From Batkoa obscura (taxonomy: Eukaryota), in the NCBI GenBank assembly GCA_030770535.1, contig JASVEC010000018.1, positions 186,001 through 250,000 of the forward strand: a stretch of 64,000 nucleotides of DNA. Reading direction: 5' to 3'. Below are positions 63,609 to 64,000 of the stretch, piece after piece. Position 1 is the first letter of the stretch; every line of letters begins with the position of its first letter. The notes below the pieces were generated by a model. That model saw only the letters and a program-made list of their open reading frames with translations, ran no database searches and was not told the DNA's origin. A program made the position numbers and the translations under genes.

Positions 63609-64000
63609 TTAGTTGGCAAGCCCATAATCCAGTTCAAAGTGTTTATGAGAAATATACAAAACAACGATAGATAATAAAGAGGATATTAAAAATATCAAAT
63701 CAAACCAGCGGTAAAAGAAATCAAAGCTAATATTACCCAAAACTAAACTCAATGAATTTCTATTTAAAAGCATATTATTAGTACTATTTTTTAACAATAT
63801 CTTAAAAATTACCTATAATTTTCTGGAAAGTTCGATCGCATCAATAAAACAGTACTTAAAAAATACATTCCCATTGTTTCCGCTAGAAACAATATCAGAT
63901 TTTCCCTTAAGGTTTGAGATGTAAATACTTTAGTAAGCTAAAATTATGTTATCATAAGCTTCTTAACTAGTATTACCATCAATACGATTTACCTTCATGA
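63609..64000 (-). CDS. GPR89: 3' end of Golgi pH regulator / GPR89 homolog (runs off the window)
   Basis: GMYFLSTVLLMRSNFPENYR / LGNISFDFFYRWFDLIFLISSLLSIVVLY resembles the GPR89 C-terminus. Confidence 0.8.

Overview
Very AT-rich eukaryotic DNA with short GT-AG introns and fungal-type genes. It is most consistent with an early-diverging fungus, possibly Conidiobolus-like Entomophthoromycotina (inference only). Compact, mostly intron-rich housekeeping blocks carry a monoglyceride lipase, AMPK/SNF1 beta, VPS2, DUS3, a METTL4-like methyltransferase, ERV14, APEH, DHX35, HRD1, RPB7 and the 3' end of GPR89. They alternate with repeat-rich islands of intronless genes (secreted proteins, OYE, CAP, MFS, 2H phosphoesterase) and a decaying F-box family with 1 intact and 5 broken copies. 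Three interlocking mobile families are visible: (i) a Sola-like DDD transposon with GGGG...CCCC termini and ATAT target duplication; (ii) a ~99-bp MITE, about 24 copies, with the same terminal architecture and 4-bp TSDs; (iii) a ~464-bp solo LTR with TGTGAAAT...ATTTCACA ends and 4-bp TSDs, 6 copies. The most unusual structure is a ~5.3-kb cassette at 4544-9824 in which the transposon is circularly permuted around an Old Yellow Enzyme gene and bracketed by two apparently chimeric LTRs. Two identical tRNA-Lys(UUU) genes are present. All calls are by eye; no database searches were run.
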